64,000 nucleotides of DNA from Acidimicrobiia bacterium (GCA_035544615.1 DATKEA010000044.1:4537-68536), one strand, 5' to 3'; positions 1-9,709 are shown, numbered from the stretch's first letter. Translations and numbers: made by a program. Notes: generated by a model from the letters alone, not told the origin.

Positions 1-2
1 TC

Positions 3-158
3 GGGATCAGGGCCTGGCCGTGGGCGTTCGCCAACGACACCTGGTTCGCCGAGATCGGGAGACGTCTGGTTCGGGGCCCACAGGAGGTGAGGGATCTGCC
101 GATTCCCTACGCGGTGGAGCACCACCTCATATCTGGCGAGCGTCAAGGGCTTCACTGA
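3..158 (+). CDS. 3' end of an unidentified gene entering from upstream of the window (last 51 codons)
   Basis: Frame 3 is open from the window edge to TGA at 156-158. It reads ...WPWAFANDTWFAEIGRRLVRGPQEVRDLPIPYAVEHHLISGERQGLH, which is protein-like. It is absent from the ORF track because it has no start in the window. Product not recognised. Confidence 0.3.
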   Translation, partial: GIRAWPWAFANDTWFAEIGRRLVRGPQEVRDLPIPYAVEHHLISGERQGLH

Positions 159-175
159 TCCAGGGGAGCTCGGCG

Positions 176-1438
176 TCAGGCTTGATCGAGGACTGGAAGG
201 TCGGCCGGCAGCCAAACCCGCTCGGTGTCGTCCACTCTGCGCAATGACCACCATCCCAGGGCCACGAAGACGATCAGGGAGGCCATCGCCACTCGTCGGC
301 CCAGACCCACCACGTCGACGATGAGCGCCCAGGTGAGGGGTCCGAGGATGGTGGCGAACCTGCCCACCGTGGCATATAGACCGTAGAACTCTCCCAGATG
401 CCTGGGTGGGGATACCCTCGCCATGACCACCCGATCCGCGGTCCAGGTGGCTCCCAACGCCAGCCCGCCCAATGGCCCGATCACCCAGGCCAGAGCGGTC
501 AGACCTGTGACCGCAGCTGCGACCCCCGAGGCGATGGCGAGCATCCATATCACCAGGACGGTGCGCAAGACCCGCAGAGGCCCGAGCCGCCCGACCAGCC
601 TGCCCGCTCCCAGTGCCCCGAAGATGGCGGCGGTGATCGCCACGGCCAGCAGTGCGGTGACGAATTGTCCATCCAAACCCAGTTCCTCGATCACGTAGAT
701 GGTGAGAAACCCGCCGATCAGGGTGTTGATGGCGTCGGTGTAGAGGAAGCGCCCTACCAGGAACCTGACCACGCCCTGGTAGTTGGAGGCCAGCCGCCAG
801 GAGGCCACCAGTTTGGTCGCGACGTCACGCAGCTTTGGGATAGGAGCATCGTCGACGCCTCCTCGCTCCTCGATCAGGAAGAACGAGGGCAACGCGAATA
901 GAAGAAAGCCAAGAGCCAGGGCCCGGAAGGTGGCGCCGTACGACCACCCGAGGAGGTCGAGGGTCACCAGTCCGAGCCCCAGCCCGATGTACGAGCCCAG
1001 GTAGCCGACACCGACTCCCAGACCTGAAACCCACCCTCGATTCAAGGGGGTGCTGACATCCACGAGAAGGGCGTCATAGACCACCGAGCCGACGTTGAAG
1101 GCAACCAGAGCCACTCCGAGCAGGATCAGTGTCACCGGCACCGGGCCGGTGGCCAGACTGGTGGTTGCGGCTACGGCCAGCACCGTGGTGGCCATCAGGG
1201 TCGGCACACGGCTGCCTTTGACGTCGCTGCGCGCCCCGGCCCAAGGTGCGAGGAAGATGACGATGGCGCCGGCTCCGGCTTCGACCAGGGCGAGAGCGCT
1301 GTCGGGCTGGTCCACCGATTTGAGCCATTCGGGGAAATAGCGCCCGATGACTCCGAGGGCGAAGATGGTGTTGGCGAGGTCGTAGACCACCCATGACCCA
1401 ACCGACAGCCGGCCCGGGCCGGTGGGGCGACCGGTCAT
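176..1438 (-). CDS. MFS transporter, UMF1/Atg22-like family
   Basis: 420-aa ORF, polytopic and hydrophobic throughout. N-terminal WVVYDLANTIFALGV...YFPEWL resembles the YDxAN(S/T)xF signature of UMF1-type MFS proteins. Confidence 0.75.
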   Translation of the reverse strand: MTGRPTGPGRLSVGSWVVYDLANTIFALGVIGRYFPEWLKSVDQPDSALALVEAGAGAIVIFLAPWAGARSDVKGSRVPTLMATTVLAVAATTSLATGPVPVTLILLGVALVAFNVGSVVYDALLVDVSTPLNRGWVSGLGVGVGYLGSYIGLGLGLVTLDLLGWSYGATFRALALGFLLFALPSFFLIEERGGVDDAPIPKLRDVATKLVASWRLASNYQGVVRFLVGRFLYTDAINTLIGGFLTIYVIEELGLDGQFVTALLAVAITAAIFGALGAGRLVGRLGPLRVLRTVLVIWMLAIASGVAAAVTGLTALAWVIGPLGGLALGATWTADRVVMARVSPPRHLGEFYGLYATVGRFATILGPLTWALIVDVVGLGRRVAMASLIVFVALGWWSLRRVDDTERVWLPADLPVLDQA

Positions 1439-1439
1439 C

Positions 1440-2513
1440 TCAGAAGGTGACAGCTACCGAGATCAGCTCCTCTCGACCGAGCAGGCCGGCCGCGGCTTGG
1501 AGCGCCCGGGACGCCTCGCCCAACGGGAACTGGTGGGATACCAGGTCGTCGATTCGTGGATCGGTTTCGATCTGGCGGGTAGCCCACTGATAGCCGACCG
1601 TGGTAGCGCCCATGGCGCCGCGAACCGTCAACTGCTTGGCGACGAGGACATCACTAATGAAATGGAACGCCCGATTGCCCTTGGTCGAGGCCAGGATGAC
1701 CCGTCCCCCGCTGCGCACCAGATCGAGCGCAGTGAACAGAGCCTCCGGATCGTCCGAGGTGACATCGACGACGATGTCGGGCCGGGTGCCAATGGCCTCT
1801 GCGATGGCTCCGCCGACGTCTTCCCTCTCGGCATCGATTGCCAGATCCGCACCCAGGAGCCGAGCCAACTCGAGTCGGTCGCGGTCATGGGAGAGCCCGG
1901 TCACGCCTACCCAGCCTGCTCCAGCCGCCTTGGCCGCGATCAAGCAGGCAAGCCCCCGCGGTCCCGGTCCGAGGATCAACACGTTCTCACCAAGCTGGAG
2001 TGAGGGAAGCTCCACCGCCCAGGTGTGACCGGCGGCCAGCGGGTGGACAAAGGTCCCAACCTCGGCAGGCACATCGTCGGTGAGCGGGTGAAGCCGGGCC
2101 GCGGGGTCGAGGTAGAGGAACTCGGCGAGACCACCCCAAAGCCCGGGGGGCTCCATGGATGGGATGAAACCGTATGAGTTCGACGGCCGGCGGCGAGAGC
2201 AGGTGGCCAGGCTGAGCTTGCACCGATGGCACTCGCCGCAATGGATCCGCGGCTCGACCACGACACGAGTGCCGATCGGGTAGGGAATGGTCGGTGCGAC
2301 GCTGGCGATTCGTCCTACGACTTCGTGACCCGGGATCAGGGGGTAGACCACATCCTGAGCCTCACCCTTCCATACCTGGACGTCAGCCCCAGAGATGCCG
2401 GTTGCCTCGACAGCTAGCCATCCACCTTCCAGGGCAGGTTGGGCAGACAACTCCGTGAGGGAGAAGTGGCGTGGCTCGACGAGCATCATGGCCCGCGCTT
2501 TGGTGCCATCCAT
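1440..2513 (-). CDS. zinc-dependent alcohol/polyol dehydrogenase (MDR superfamily)
   Basis: 357 aa. PGHEVVGRI zinc-ligand region, structural-zinc cysteine cluster CGECHRCK, Rossmann LILGPGPRGL. The start could instead be the MM at codons 9-10. Confidence 0.8.
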   Translation of the reverse strand: MDGTKARAMMLVEPRHFSLTELSAQPALEGGWLAVEATGISGADVQVWKGEAQDVVYPLIPGHEVVGRIASVAPTIPYPIGTRVVVEPRIHCGECHRCKLSLATCSRRRPSNSYGFIPSMEPPGLWGGLAEFLYLDPAARLHPLTDDVPAEVGTFVHPLAAGHTWAVELPSLQLGENVLILGPGPRGLACLIAAKAAGAGWVGVTGLSHDRDRLELARLLGADLAIDAEREDVGGAIAEAIGTRPDIVVDVTSDDPEALFTALDLVRSGGRVILASTKGNRAFHFISDVLVAKQLTVRGAMGATTVGYQWATRQIETDPRIDDLVSHQFPLGEASRALQAAAGLLGREELISVAVTF

Positions 2514-2549
2514 CGTTGTCGAGTGTAAACCTGGTTGGGAAGCCCGAAT

Positions 2550-3725
2550 TCACCCGGCGAGAAGCTGCCTGATTCTGTCCACCCCGCGCTCGATGTCAGC
2601 TTCCCCGACGGCATACGAGAGGCGGAGGTAGCCAGGGGTGCCGAACGACTCTCCGGGGACAAGTGCCACGCCGGCATCCTCGAGGATGGTGGTCGCCAGA
2701 TCGGCTGTGCTCTCCCATCGACCCTGCAATGCCTCGCTGAAGTCGGGGAAGACATAGAACGCTCCCTGTGGCTCGACACAACGGACGCCGGGAACGTCGC
2801 TGATCAGGGAATGCATCAGCTTTCGACGGTTGTTGAAGGCCTGACGCATCTCCTCGACGGTCTCCTGAGGGCCGCGGAGAGCAGCGACGGCCGCATGTTG
2901 GGCAACATTTGCCACGTTGCCGGTGGCGTGGGATTGGTGACTGTTGGCCGCGTCGACGATGTCGGCAGGCCCGACCATCCAACCCACCCGCCAGCCGGTC
3001 ATGGAATAGGTCTTGGCCACCCCATTGATCAGAACCCAATTGTCGAACCGCGGGGTCACGGCGGCGATGGACGGGGCGACGTCGGTGAAGTAGGTCAGAC
3101 GTTGGTAGATCTCATCGGCCAGTACCCAGACGTCGTTTTCGAGGGCCCATTCGCCGATGGCTCGCGCCTCTTCGGACGTGTAGACGGATCCAGTGGGGTT
3201 CGAAGGCGACACGAAGACCAGGAGCCGGGTGCGATCGGTCCTGGCTCTCTCCAGGTCTTCGACCGTAACCTTGAACTCGTCCTCGATGCGAGTCGGCACC
3301 GGCACGGTGATGCCACCGGCCAGGTCGATGCCGGCCGGGTAGGTGACCCAGTGCGGTGCCGGCAGCAGGACCTCGTCACCGGGGTCGATCAACGCGGCAA
3401 ATGCCTGGAACACCGCCTGTTTCGCCCCGTTGGTCACCATCACCTCGGACCAATCGACCTCGACCCCCGAGTACTTCCCGACATCCTCGGCGATCGCCTC
3501 GCGTAGGACCCGTAGCCCCGCCGACGCGGTGTACTTGTGGTTTTCGGGGTCGTAACAGGCACGCGCCGCGGCCGCCACCACATGCTCGGGGGTGGCAAAG
3601 TCAGGCTCGCCTGCCCCAAATGAGATGACGTCGATGCCCTGGGCTTTCATCTCCCGGGCGCGGGCGCTGATTCCCAGGGTGGCCGATGGTGGGATACGAC
3701 TGAGACGTTCCGAGGCGCGTTTCAT
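2550..3725 (-). CDS. class I PLP-dependent aminotransferase (aspartate aminotransferase-like)
   Basis: 391 aa. ISFGAGEPDFATP, NPTG, the KTYSMTGWRVG lysine motif and LRLSY near the C-terminus are typical of AspC/AspB-type aminotransferases. Confidence 0.85.
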   Translation of the reverse strand: MKRASERLSRIPPSATLGISARAREMKAQGIDVISFGAGEPDFATPEHVVAAAARACYDPENHKYTASAGLRVLREAIAEDVGKYSGVEVDWSEVMVTNGAKQAVFQAFAALIDPGDEVLLPAPHWVTYPAGIDLAGGITVPVPTRIEDEFKVTVEDLERARTDRTRLLVFVSPSNPTGSVYTSEEARAIGEWALENDVWVLADEIYQRLTYFTDVAPSIAAVTPRFDNWVLINGVAKTYSMTGWRVGWMVGPADIVDAANSHQSHATGNVANVAQHAAVAALRGPQETVEEMRQAFNNRRKLMHSLISDVPGVRCVEPQGAFYVFPDFSEALQGRWESTADLATTILEDAGVALVPGESFGTPGYLRLSYAVGEADIERGVDRIRQLLAG

Positions 3726-3764
3726 GGTGTGCGGGATGATGATGGTCGGGGGACAGGTCCCCGA

Positions 3765-4190
3765 TCAGCCTTCCAGTTTGTCCTTGGCTTCTTCGGCCGC
3801 GCTGTCTATCGCGTCGGAGGCATCGTCAACCGCATCCTGTGCCGCCCCGACTGCGTCGGCAGCGGTCTCCTTGGCATCCTCCACGGCCGACTGAGCCGTC
3901 GAAGCAGTGTCCGACGAACCCGCCTTGTCCCGCAACTCGTCGATCTTGGCACCGGTCTTCTCCACCGCATCCTGTGCGAAGTCCTTGGTCTTCTCGACGT
4001 ACGGTTGAGCCTTCTCCGCCAGTTCGGAGCCTTGCTCCTTCGCCTTTTCCATCAGGGGCTTGGCCTTCTCCGCCAGCTCCGCTCCTTGCTCCTTCGCCTT
4101 TTCCATCAGGGGCTGGGCCTTCTCGGCCAATTCCGCTCCTTGCTCCTTCGCCTTTCCAAACCACCCCTTGAGGGTGTCCATCAGTGCCAT
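3765..4190 (-). CDS. small alanine/glutamate/lysine-rich helical repeat protein (LEA/apolipoprotein-like composition), function unknown
   Basis: 141 aa. Strong SD (AAGGAGAA) 4 nt upstream of the ATG at 4190. Three 18-aa units KAKEQGAELAEKAQPLME. No TM segment or signal peptide. Confidence 0.7.
   Translation of the reverse strand: MALMDTLKGWFGKAKEQGAELAEKAQPLMEKAKEQGAELAEKAKPLMEKAKEQGSELAEKAQPYVEKTKDFAQDAVEKTGAKIDELRDKAGSSDTASTAQSAVEDAKETAADAVGAAQDAVDDASDAIDSAAEEAKDKLEG
3993..4154. repeat. 3 x 54-nt in-frame tandem repeat inside the 141-aa gene
   Basis: Near-identical 54-nt units are visible directly, e.g. cttcgccttttccatcaggggc(t/g)tggccttctc(c/g)gcca(g/a)(c/t)tccgctccttgctc. They encode codons 13-66. 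Confidence 0.9.
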
Positions 4191-4281
4191 CGTTTTCTCC
4201 TTGTCATTAGGTACCCCGAATCGTAGGGACCTGAGGCCGAAGGTGTGAAGGGGAGGCCGGAAAGGGTGGTCGACAACACAA

Positions 4282-6375
4282 CTAGCGTTGCAGGGATAGA
4301 GCTTCGGGACCGTCGACCGCCAGCCAGAGAACCACGTCGTTCTCGCCGGGGAGAAGGGTCTCCGGTGGAATCAGCACCTCAAAGCTCGCAGACGACCCCT
4401 CGGGATCGAAAACCCGGGTGACCGCCACCACCTCACCATCCGACGAGACGACGAGGACTTCTCTCCCCGTGGCGGCTTGCTCCAGGCGGAGTGTGCCGGA
4501 GAGGTAGACCGGCAGCACCTCAGGATCAGGGGGCAACGACTCCAACAATTCCTGTTGCCTCACAGTCACCGAGACGTCAGGCACCTCGGTGGTGCTGATC
4601 GCGTCCAGTGAGAGACCCAACCACTCATGCCAGCCGGGTGGGGTGAGGGCCCACGGATCGCCCTCGGGGAACCAGGTCTCCTTCAACGCGGCTGCGGCGA
4701 GTTTCTCGGTCCCGTCGACGCCGAACTCCACCGGCCCCTCGGGACCGAGCATCACCGATTCGGTGCGCCGGGCCCGCTCCGGATCGAGGAGAGAGAGCCC
4801 CTCCACATCCCAGGGCAGGCTGATCCCGATCACGTCGGCCACCGTAGGCACCAGGTCGACCGTCTCAGCTCTGACGTCGTCGATCTTCCCCGGCTGCACG
4901 CCGGGGAACCCGCTCGGGTATTTCACGAACATTGGCACCGCGGCGATGGTGCCGATGGTGTCGGGGGTGATGAGGCGCTGATGCTCGACGCCGGGGCGGA
5001 TGGTTATCCCGTGATCGGCGACGATGATCAACAGGGACTCGTCATAGATCCCCTCGGACTCCAACCGCTCGATCACCAATCCCACGACGGTGTCGGCGTA
5101 TTGAGACTGGATGATGTGACGCTGGTACCCCTGTGCCACCAGCCAGTCGTCGGTGTTCCAGCCCGCCCCCTCCCCACCTGGCGAGTTGCCGGCGCCGGTC
5201 CGCTGACCGTCGGCTGTCAGCTCCCATGGGTGATGGGGAAAGAGGAAATGGCCAAACCGCAATGGTGGAGCCGAGTCGTCGAAGTCGAAGGTCTCCAAGA
5301 GACGTGCGACCTCGAGTCTTCGGTCGGCGTCGACGTTGGCCAGGAAGCGATCGATGATGTCGAATTCGGATCGCTCGCCGGTGGTGAAGTTGCCCCATGT
5401 CCGGTCGATCACCGGAAGACGGTCGGAAACCGAACGGGGGAGTACCAGATGGCCGTACACGACCGATAGGTCCACCGCCAACGATCTCCAACGTTTTCCG
5501 ACCGGCTCGATTCTCCGACTCGAGTTCTCACAGGCGAAGGCGGGGCAGAGATCGGTGACCGTCTCCACCGCTGCCTCGTCATAGGCGTCAGACAACAGCG
5601 TGAAGAGGGTGAGAGGGTGGTCCGAAGAGATCGGGATACTGCCCGGACTGGCACCCACACCCGAGAGAATGGTGGGAAGCGCTTCCTCGGTCTGCTGCCG
5701 CACGCCCACCCCGTTTCGATACCAGACTCCGTCGCCGGCGAGCGCGGCGAAGTTCGGGAACAGGTCTGCCAGCAGCTCACCACTCGAATCGATCATGGTT
5801 GCGACGGGGAACTCGTCGAAGACCAGCATCACGATCGGGACCGGATTCCCCACTTCACCGGTATCGGGGAGCTCGCCGGAGCTGGCGAACGCGACATCGC
5901 TGGCCGGGGTCATCACGAGGAACCAAGCGGCGAACGCAATCAGCGCCCAGGAGGCATAACCCACGGCGGCTTGGGTCATCCGGGATCGGACAAACAAGAA
6001 GGCGAAGACGGCGCCGGCGGAGAGCGCCACCACCACGAATACCGCGGATGGCGCGTCGCTCCCCAGGAGGGCAACCCACGCCGAGGCGACGAACATGGCG
6101 AAAAGCCCTCCGAGGACGACCGCGTGTGCCGTCCCCGCACTGCGCGGGCCGATCCACCTCAGGGCGAGCACCGGGATGGCAAGCACCGCCGGCAAGACCA
6201 GGACGACCAACGGGAAGAGCATGACGTCGAGAGGGGTGAATCCCCGGGCTACGAAGAATTCGGGGTTCCGTCCCAGCAGATCGAGGATGGGTTGGCTGAA
6301 CCCGAAGGCTCCCACCGTGGCGGCCGACAGCGGCATCTTCCACCAGGGGATGGACCCGAGCTGGGCCAGCGTCAT
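4282..6375 (-). CDS. membrane-anchored sulfatase-like enzyme (alkaline-phosphatase superfamily, LtaS/phosphoglycerol-transferase-like architecture)
   Basis: 697 aa. The N-terminal ~170 aa holds several TM helices. It is followed by VMLVFDEFP... and ...IIVADHGI, typical of the sulfatase/phosphotransferase fold, plus an extra C-terminal domain. Confidence 0.7.
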   Translation of the reverse strand: MTLAQLGSIPWWKMPLSAATVGAFGFSQPILDLLGRNPEFFVARGFTPLDVMLFPLVVLVLPAVLAIPVLALRWIGPRSAGTAHAVVLGGLFAMFVASAWVALLGSDAPSAVFVVVALSAGAVFAFLFVRSRMTQAAVGYASWALIAFAAWFLVMTPASDVAFASSGELPDTGEVGNPVPIVMLVFDEFPVATMIDSSGELLADLFPNFAALAGDGVWYRNGVGVRQQTEEALPTILSGVGASPGSIPISSDHPLTLFTLLSDAYDEAAVETVTDLCPAFACENSSRRIEPVGKRWRSLAVDLSVVYGHLVLPRSVSDRLPVIDRTWGNFTTGERSEFDIIDRFLANVDADRRLEVARLLETFDFDDSAPPLRFGHFLFPHHPWELTADGQRTGAGNSPGGEGAGWNTDDWLVAQGYQRHIIQSQYADTVVGLVIERLESEGIYDESLLIIVADHGITIRPGVEHQRLITPDTIGTIAAVPMFVKYPSGFPGVQPGKIDDVRAETVDLVPTVADVIGISLPWDVEGLSLLDPERARRTESVMLGPEGPVEFGVDGTEKLAAAALKETWFPEGDPWALTPPGWHEWLGLSLDAISTTEVPDVSVTVRQQELLESLPPDPEVLPVYLSGTLRLEQAATGREVLVVSSDGEVVAVTRVFDPEGSSASFEVLIPPETLLPGENDVVLWLAVDGPEALSLQR

Positions 6376-7733
6376 CGCGGTACGAGGGCGAAGAGGACTC
6401 TGGTTCCCGATGACAGCGAGGACTCGTCGACAACTTCGAAGAGCTCACTGGCGAGAGAGCGGAATGCCGTCTCGTCACGGTCAGGGTGCAACTCGTGCGG
6501 CAACTTGTTGCCGACCAGTCTCGCCACCATCTCGTCGGACGGAGAGACGAACTCGACTACCACAGGAGCGCCGAAGCCGCGCAACCACTTGAGAACCTCA
6601 CGAGGCGGGATGCTGGCCTGATAGATGAGGTGATGGATCAAGCCGTAAGCGATGACGAGGTCGGGTTGGGCTCGATCGATTATCGATGATCTCTCGGTTC
6701 CGGCCCACCCTTGCGCCGGTGAGGGGTTCGCCAAATCGGTGAGGGCTATCGACATACCCATTCCCGCGCTCCGTCGATAGAGGTCGTCGAGGACGCCCTC
6801 GTCGCTGTCGACCGCCACAACATGGGCTCCGCTACCTGCGGCGATCATCGAGAAGTGCCCGTCGTTGGCTCCGAGGTCGAGCACGCGCCGGGGACGGGAA
6901 CGCTGGATCGCTGCCTGCAGGAACTCGCTCTTGGCGGCCCTGTCCCGGGACACATGGGTGCACGAGCCGTAGTCGGACCAGCCATCGGTGCGGGCTGCCC
7001 ACTCCAGCGACGTCACCAGGGATCGGAGTCTCTTCACATTGGCCAGGATCAAGTCGACGCTGAACCCTGCCGACCTCAGGTCGTCCCGGACCGCGCGACC
7101 CGACATGCGGGCCTCCATGCGGGCCTGGAGACGGACATGGAGCAACGCCCCCGGATTGAGCCGCTTCTTGCTCCCAAGAAGCCGCGCCATCTGGGTTGGG
7201 GTCGGTCCTTCCATGTCTCCCCGCAGCCACGGTTGGAACGGGACATCGAGCCATGCTCTCAGCATCAGCGGGAAGAGGAACTGACGGGTGAACTGGCGGT
7301 AGCCGATCCAGGGCTCGCCGACTCGGTAGGCCTCGAACGATCCAATGTCGATGAACATCGGCCTCCCTTCGACGAATTGGATGTTGTACGGAGTGGCGTC
7401 CTTGATGGTCAGACCGGCGGCGAGAGCATCCCTGAGCAGGTCGAGTTGAAGCAGAGCCGCGTCCTTGAGCATGGAGAACGTCCACTCGTAGGGGTAGCTG
7501 ATGAAGGGCAATCGCGGATGCTCCAGTGCTCCCGCACCGGTTGGGGGCGGCTCGCTGATCTCGGACGTGTCTATCAGTCTCCGGTCGGTGACCGCGGAGG
7601 TGAAGAAGTCGCTAGCGGAGAGTGCACGCCAGCCTTCAAGCCCGCGCTCATCGAGCACCCGCAGGACCCGGCCCTCATCGAGGATTATCCGTGAGGCCGG
7701 GTCGCGGAACGACCCGGGATCGGGCGATTGCAT
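6372..7733 (-). CDS. class I SAM-dependent methyltransferase with large N-terminal domain
   Basis: 453 aa. SAM motif I VLDLGANDGHFS and acidic post-I VVAVDSD. The N-terminal FRDP...YPYEWTF region is seen in long actinobacterial methyltransferases. 4-nt overlap with the downstream sulfatase-like gene. Confidence 0.75.
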   Translation of the reverse strand: MQSPDPGSFRDPASRIILDEGRVLRVLDERGLEGWRALSASDFFTSAVTDRRLIDTSEISEPPPTGAGALEHPRLPFISYPYEWTFSMLKDAALLQLDLLRDALAAGLTIKDATPYNIQFVEGRPMFIDIGSFEAYRVGEPWIGYRQFTRQFLFPLMLRAWLDVPFQPWLRGDMEGPTPTQMARLLGSKKRLNPGALLHVRLQARMEARMSGRAVRDDLRSAGFSVDLILANVKRLRSLVTSLEWAARTDGWSDYGSCTHVSRDRAAKSEFLQAAIQRSRPRRVLDLGANDGHFSMIAAGSGAHVVAVDSDEGVLDDLYRRSAGMGMSIALTDLANPSPAQGWAGTERSSIIDRAQPDLVIAYGLIHHLIYQASIPPREVLKWLRGFGAPVVVEFVSPSDEMVARLVGNKLPHELHPDRDETAFRSLASELFEVVDESSLSSGTRVLFALVPR

Positions 7734-7740
7734 CCCGAGG

Positions 7741-7938
7741 TCAGGATTCCGCGGACAGGGCTGTGTCTTCTACTGCTTCTGCTGCCTCACCGTCGTTGGG
7801 ATCGGCAGCCTTCATGGCCCGGCCAAACCGGTAGCGATGCCGGAGAGCCTTGACGGCAACAGCGAGGCCGGTTGCACCTCCGATCACAGCCTGCAAGAGC
7901 AAACTGCCCGAACCAGGGTCCAAGTATCCAAAGATCAT
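7741..7938 (-). CDS. small membrane protein (65 aa)
   Basis: I moved the start to the ATG at 7938 (MIFGYLDPGSGSLLLQAVIGGATGLAVAV...). It is preceded by GGAGGA 7 nt upstream. One TM helix followed by an acidic tail. Ends 7 nt before the methyltransferase start. Confidence 0.6.
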   Translation of the reverse strand: MIFGYLDPGSGSLLLQAVIGGATGLAVAVKALRHRYRFGRAMKAADPNDGEAAEAVEDTALSAES

Positions 7939-8088
7939 TTGTTTCCTCCAGGGGCATCGGAAAACCGCGCCGACACCATTGTTATCCAACTCTCAGGTCA
8001 AGCAAACCAGTTCCCCCACCCGCTCCCGGACTCGAGCCAACGCCGTTTGAACAGGGGGCCCGGATTTCGCGAGATCGGCGCCGGTGAG

Positions 8089-8445
8089 TCAGGTGCCGCT
8101 GCGGTACCTCTTCAGCTCCTGTTGCTCCACCCGCCGACGCAGACGTCGCCGCCGATAGCCGATGCCGAACAGCTCGGTGAGCACGACCATCGTTCCGACC
8201 GCGACCAGGATCACGAGAGCGAGGGAGAACTCGCCCTCCAATCCGAGGAACCTGACCGGGACTGTCGCGGTGTTCTGCACCGCGAAGATCACCACCGCGC
8301 TGATCCCCAAGAGAAGGAGGATGGCGCCCCAGGCGATGCCTGCCGAGACCGGGGCAGCCGGTGGCTGGTCTTCGGTTTGCTTGTCGGAGGCTGGAGGCGA
8401 GCTCGGCCGCTCCGAACCGAACGGGTCGTGAGATTCGTCGGTCAT
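8089..8445 (-). CDS. LapA/DUF1049-like membrane protein
   Basis: 118 aa. Two TM helices flank VPVRFLGLEGEFSLALVIL, then a basic tail YRRRRLRRRVEQQELKR, as in the LapA-domain family. Confidence 0.6.
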   Translation of the reverse strand: MTDESHDPFGSERPSSPPASDKQTEDQPPAAPVSAGIAWGAILLLLGISAVVIFAVQNTATVPVRFLGLEGEFSLALVILVAVGTMVVLTELFGIGYRRRRLRRRVEQQELKRYRSGT

Positions 8446-8512
8446 CGGCTCATCCTATAGGTTCACGGGGCGGCGGACACGATTGGCCGAGCCCTGACAT
8501 AACGTATCCCCG

Positions 8513-9709
8513 ATGCGTCGAATCTCGATCATCGTCATAGGGCTGTTGGCGGCCTGCAGCTCTGAGCCCGGTTTGCAACCGACGTCCTCGGCGGGGCCAT
8601 CTCTCACCACTGCCAGCACATCGAGTGTCACCACCACGTCGACGACCGTGCCCGCGACTTCCACCGCCACCACGCTTCCCACGAGCAGCACGCTGTCTCC
8701 GGATGAGACCGTCCTCGGATACGAGGTGATCGCCGACCTGAGTTTCCCGGTGCAGACCACTGCCCGGCCCGGCGACCCTCACTCCTATGTCATCACCAAG
8801 GAGGGGCAGGTATGGATCCTCGACGGGGTGGCGGTCTTGGAGGACCCCGTGCTCGATATCCGCGATCGAGTCCTCGACAGAGGGGAACAGGGGCTGCTGT
8901 CGATGGCATTGCATCCCGAGGACGAGAGCCGGTTCTATCTCCACTACTCGGACAACAACGGGGACACCGTCGTCTCCGAGTTCGTGCTCACCTCGCCGGG
9001 TCAAGCCGACCCGGCGAGCGAGAGGGTGCTGCTTCAAGTCGATCAGCCGGCAGGCAATCACAACGGCGGCATGCTTCAGTTCACCGTCGACGGAGCCCTC
9101 CTCCTCGGTCTGGGAGATGGTGGTGGCAGTGGTGACCGGTATGGCAACGGGCAGAACCCCGACACTCTGCTGGCCGGTCTGGTGGTGATCGACGTGGATG
9201 GGGCAGAGCCGAATCCGACTAAATACGCCATGGGGTTGCGTAATCCGTGGCGGTTCTGGATCGACGAGAACGCGATCTACATCGCCGATGTCGGACAGAA
9301 CGCCTACGAGGAGATCTCCGTCTCGGAGCCGCTCGAGCCCGGGCACAACTACGGCTGGCCGATATTCGAGGGATTGAATTGCTTCTCTTCCCCGGACTGC
9401 GACGGAGCGGGATTGGTCGCCCCGGTCCTCGAGGTCGAGCACGGTGATGCCGGCACTTGCTCGATCACCGGCGGGGTGGTGTACCGGGGACCGGCGATGC
9501 CGCAGCTCCACGGGCATTTCTTTTACTCCGACTATTGCGGGGGCTATCTGAGAAGCCTGCTCCACGTCGACGGTGAGGCCACCGCCCTCCGTGACTGGAC
9601 CGAGCAGGTTGGTGTGCCGGGCAGTGTGACCGGCTTCGGTGTGGACGGGGCCGGCGAGATGTACCTCACCACGACCGAACAGCTTCTGAAAGTGGTCCCC
9701 ACCGGTTGA
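8513..9709 (+). CDS. PQQ-dependent sugar (glucose/sorbosone) dehydrogenase lipoprotein
   Basis: 398 aa. Lipobox LLAAC, Ser/Thr-rich linker. HNGGMLQF, GLGDGGGSGD and GLRNPWRF are typical of soluble aldose dehydrogenase beta-propellers. Confidence 0.8.
   Translation: MRRISIIVIGLLAACSSEPGLQPTSSAGPSLTTASTSSVTTTSTTVPATSTATTLPTSSTLSPDETVLGYEVIADLSFPVQTTARPGDPHSYVITKEGQVWILDGVAVLEDPVLDIRDRVLDRGEQGLLSMALHPEDESRFYLHYSDNNGDTVVSEFVLTSPGQADPASERVLLQVDQPAGNHNGGMLQFTVDGALLLGLGDGGGSGDRYGNGQNPDTLLAGLVVIDVDGAEPNPTKYAMGLRNPWRFWIDENAIYIADVGQNAYEEISVSEPLEPGHNYGWPIFEGLNCFSSPDCDGAGLVAPVLEVEHGDAGTCSITGGVVYRGPAMPQLHGHFFYSDYCGGYLRSLLHVDGEATALRDWTEQVGVPGSVTGFGVDGAGEMYLTTTEQLLKVVPTG

Noticed and set aside
3993-4154. 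The tandem repeats here and at 30135-30242 as possible CRISPR or other non-coding arrays.
   Set aside because: The units are directly adjacent with no spacers. Their lengths are multiples of three, and they are in frame within ORFs that encode repeated peptide units.
8450-9565. Long antisense ORFs: 8450..9565(-), 11558..13075(-), 24851..26290(-), 24736..25881(-), 37707..38954(-), 49302..50285(-), 28161..29144(-), and many others of 60-300 aa.
   Set aside because: Each lies opposite a gene with clear family motifs. Each has Arg/Gly/Pro/His-rich low-complexity translations and no recognisable domains. Such ORFs are expected in high-GC DNA, where stop codons are rare.
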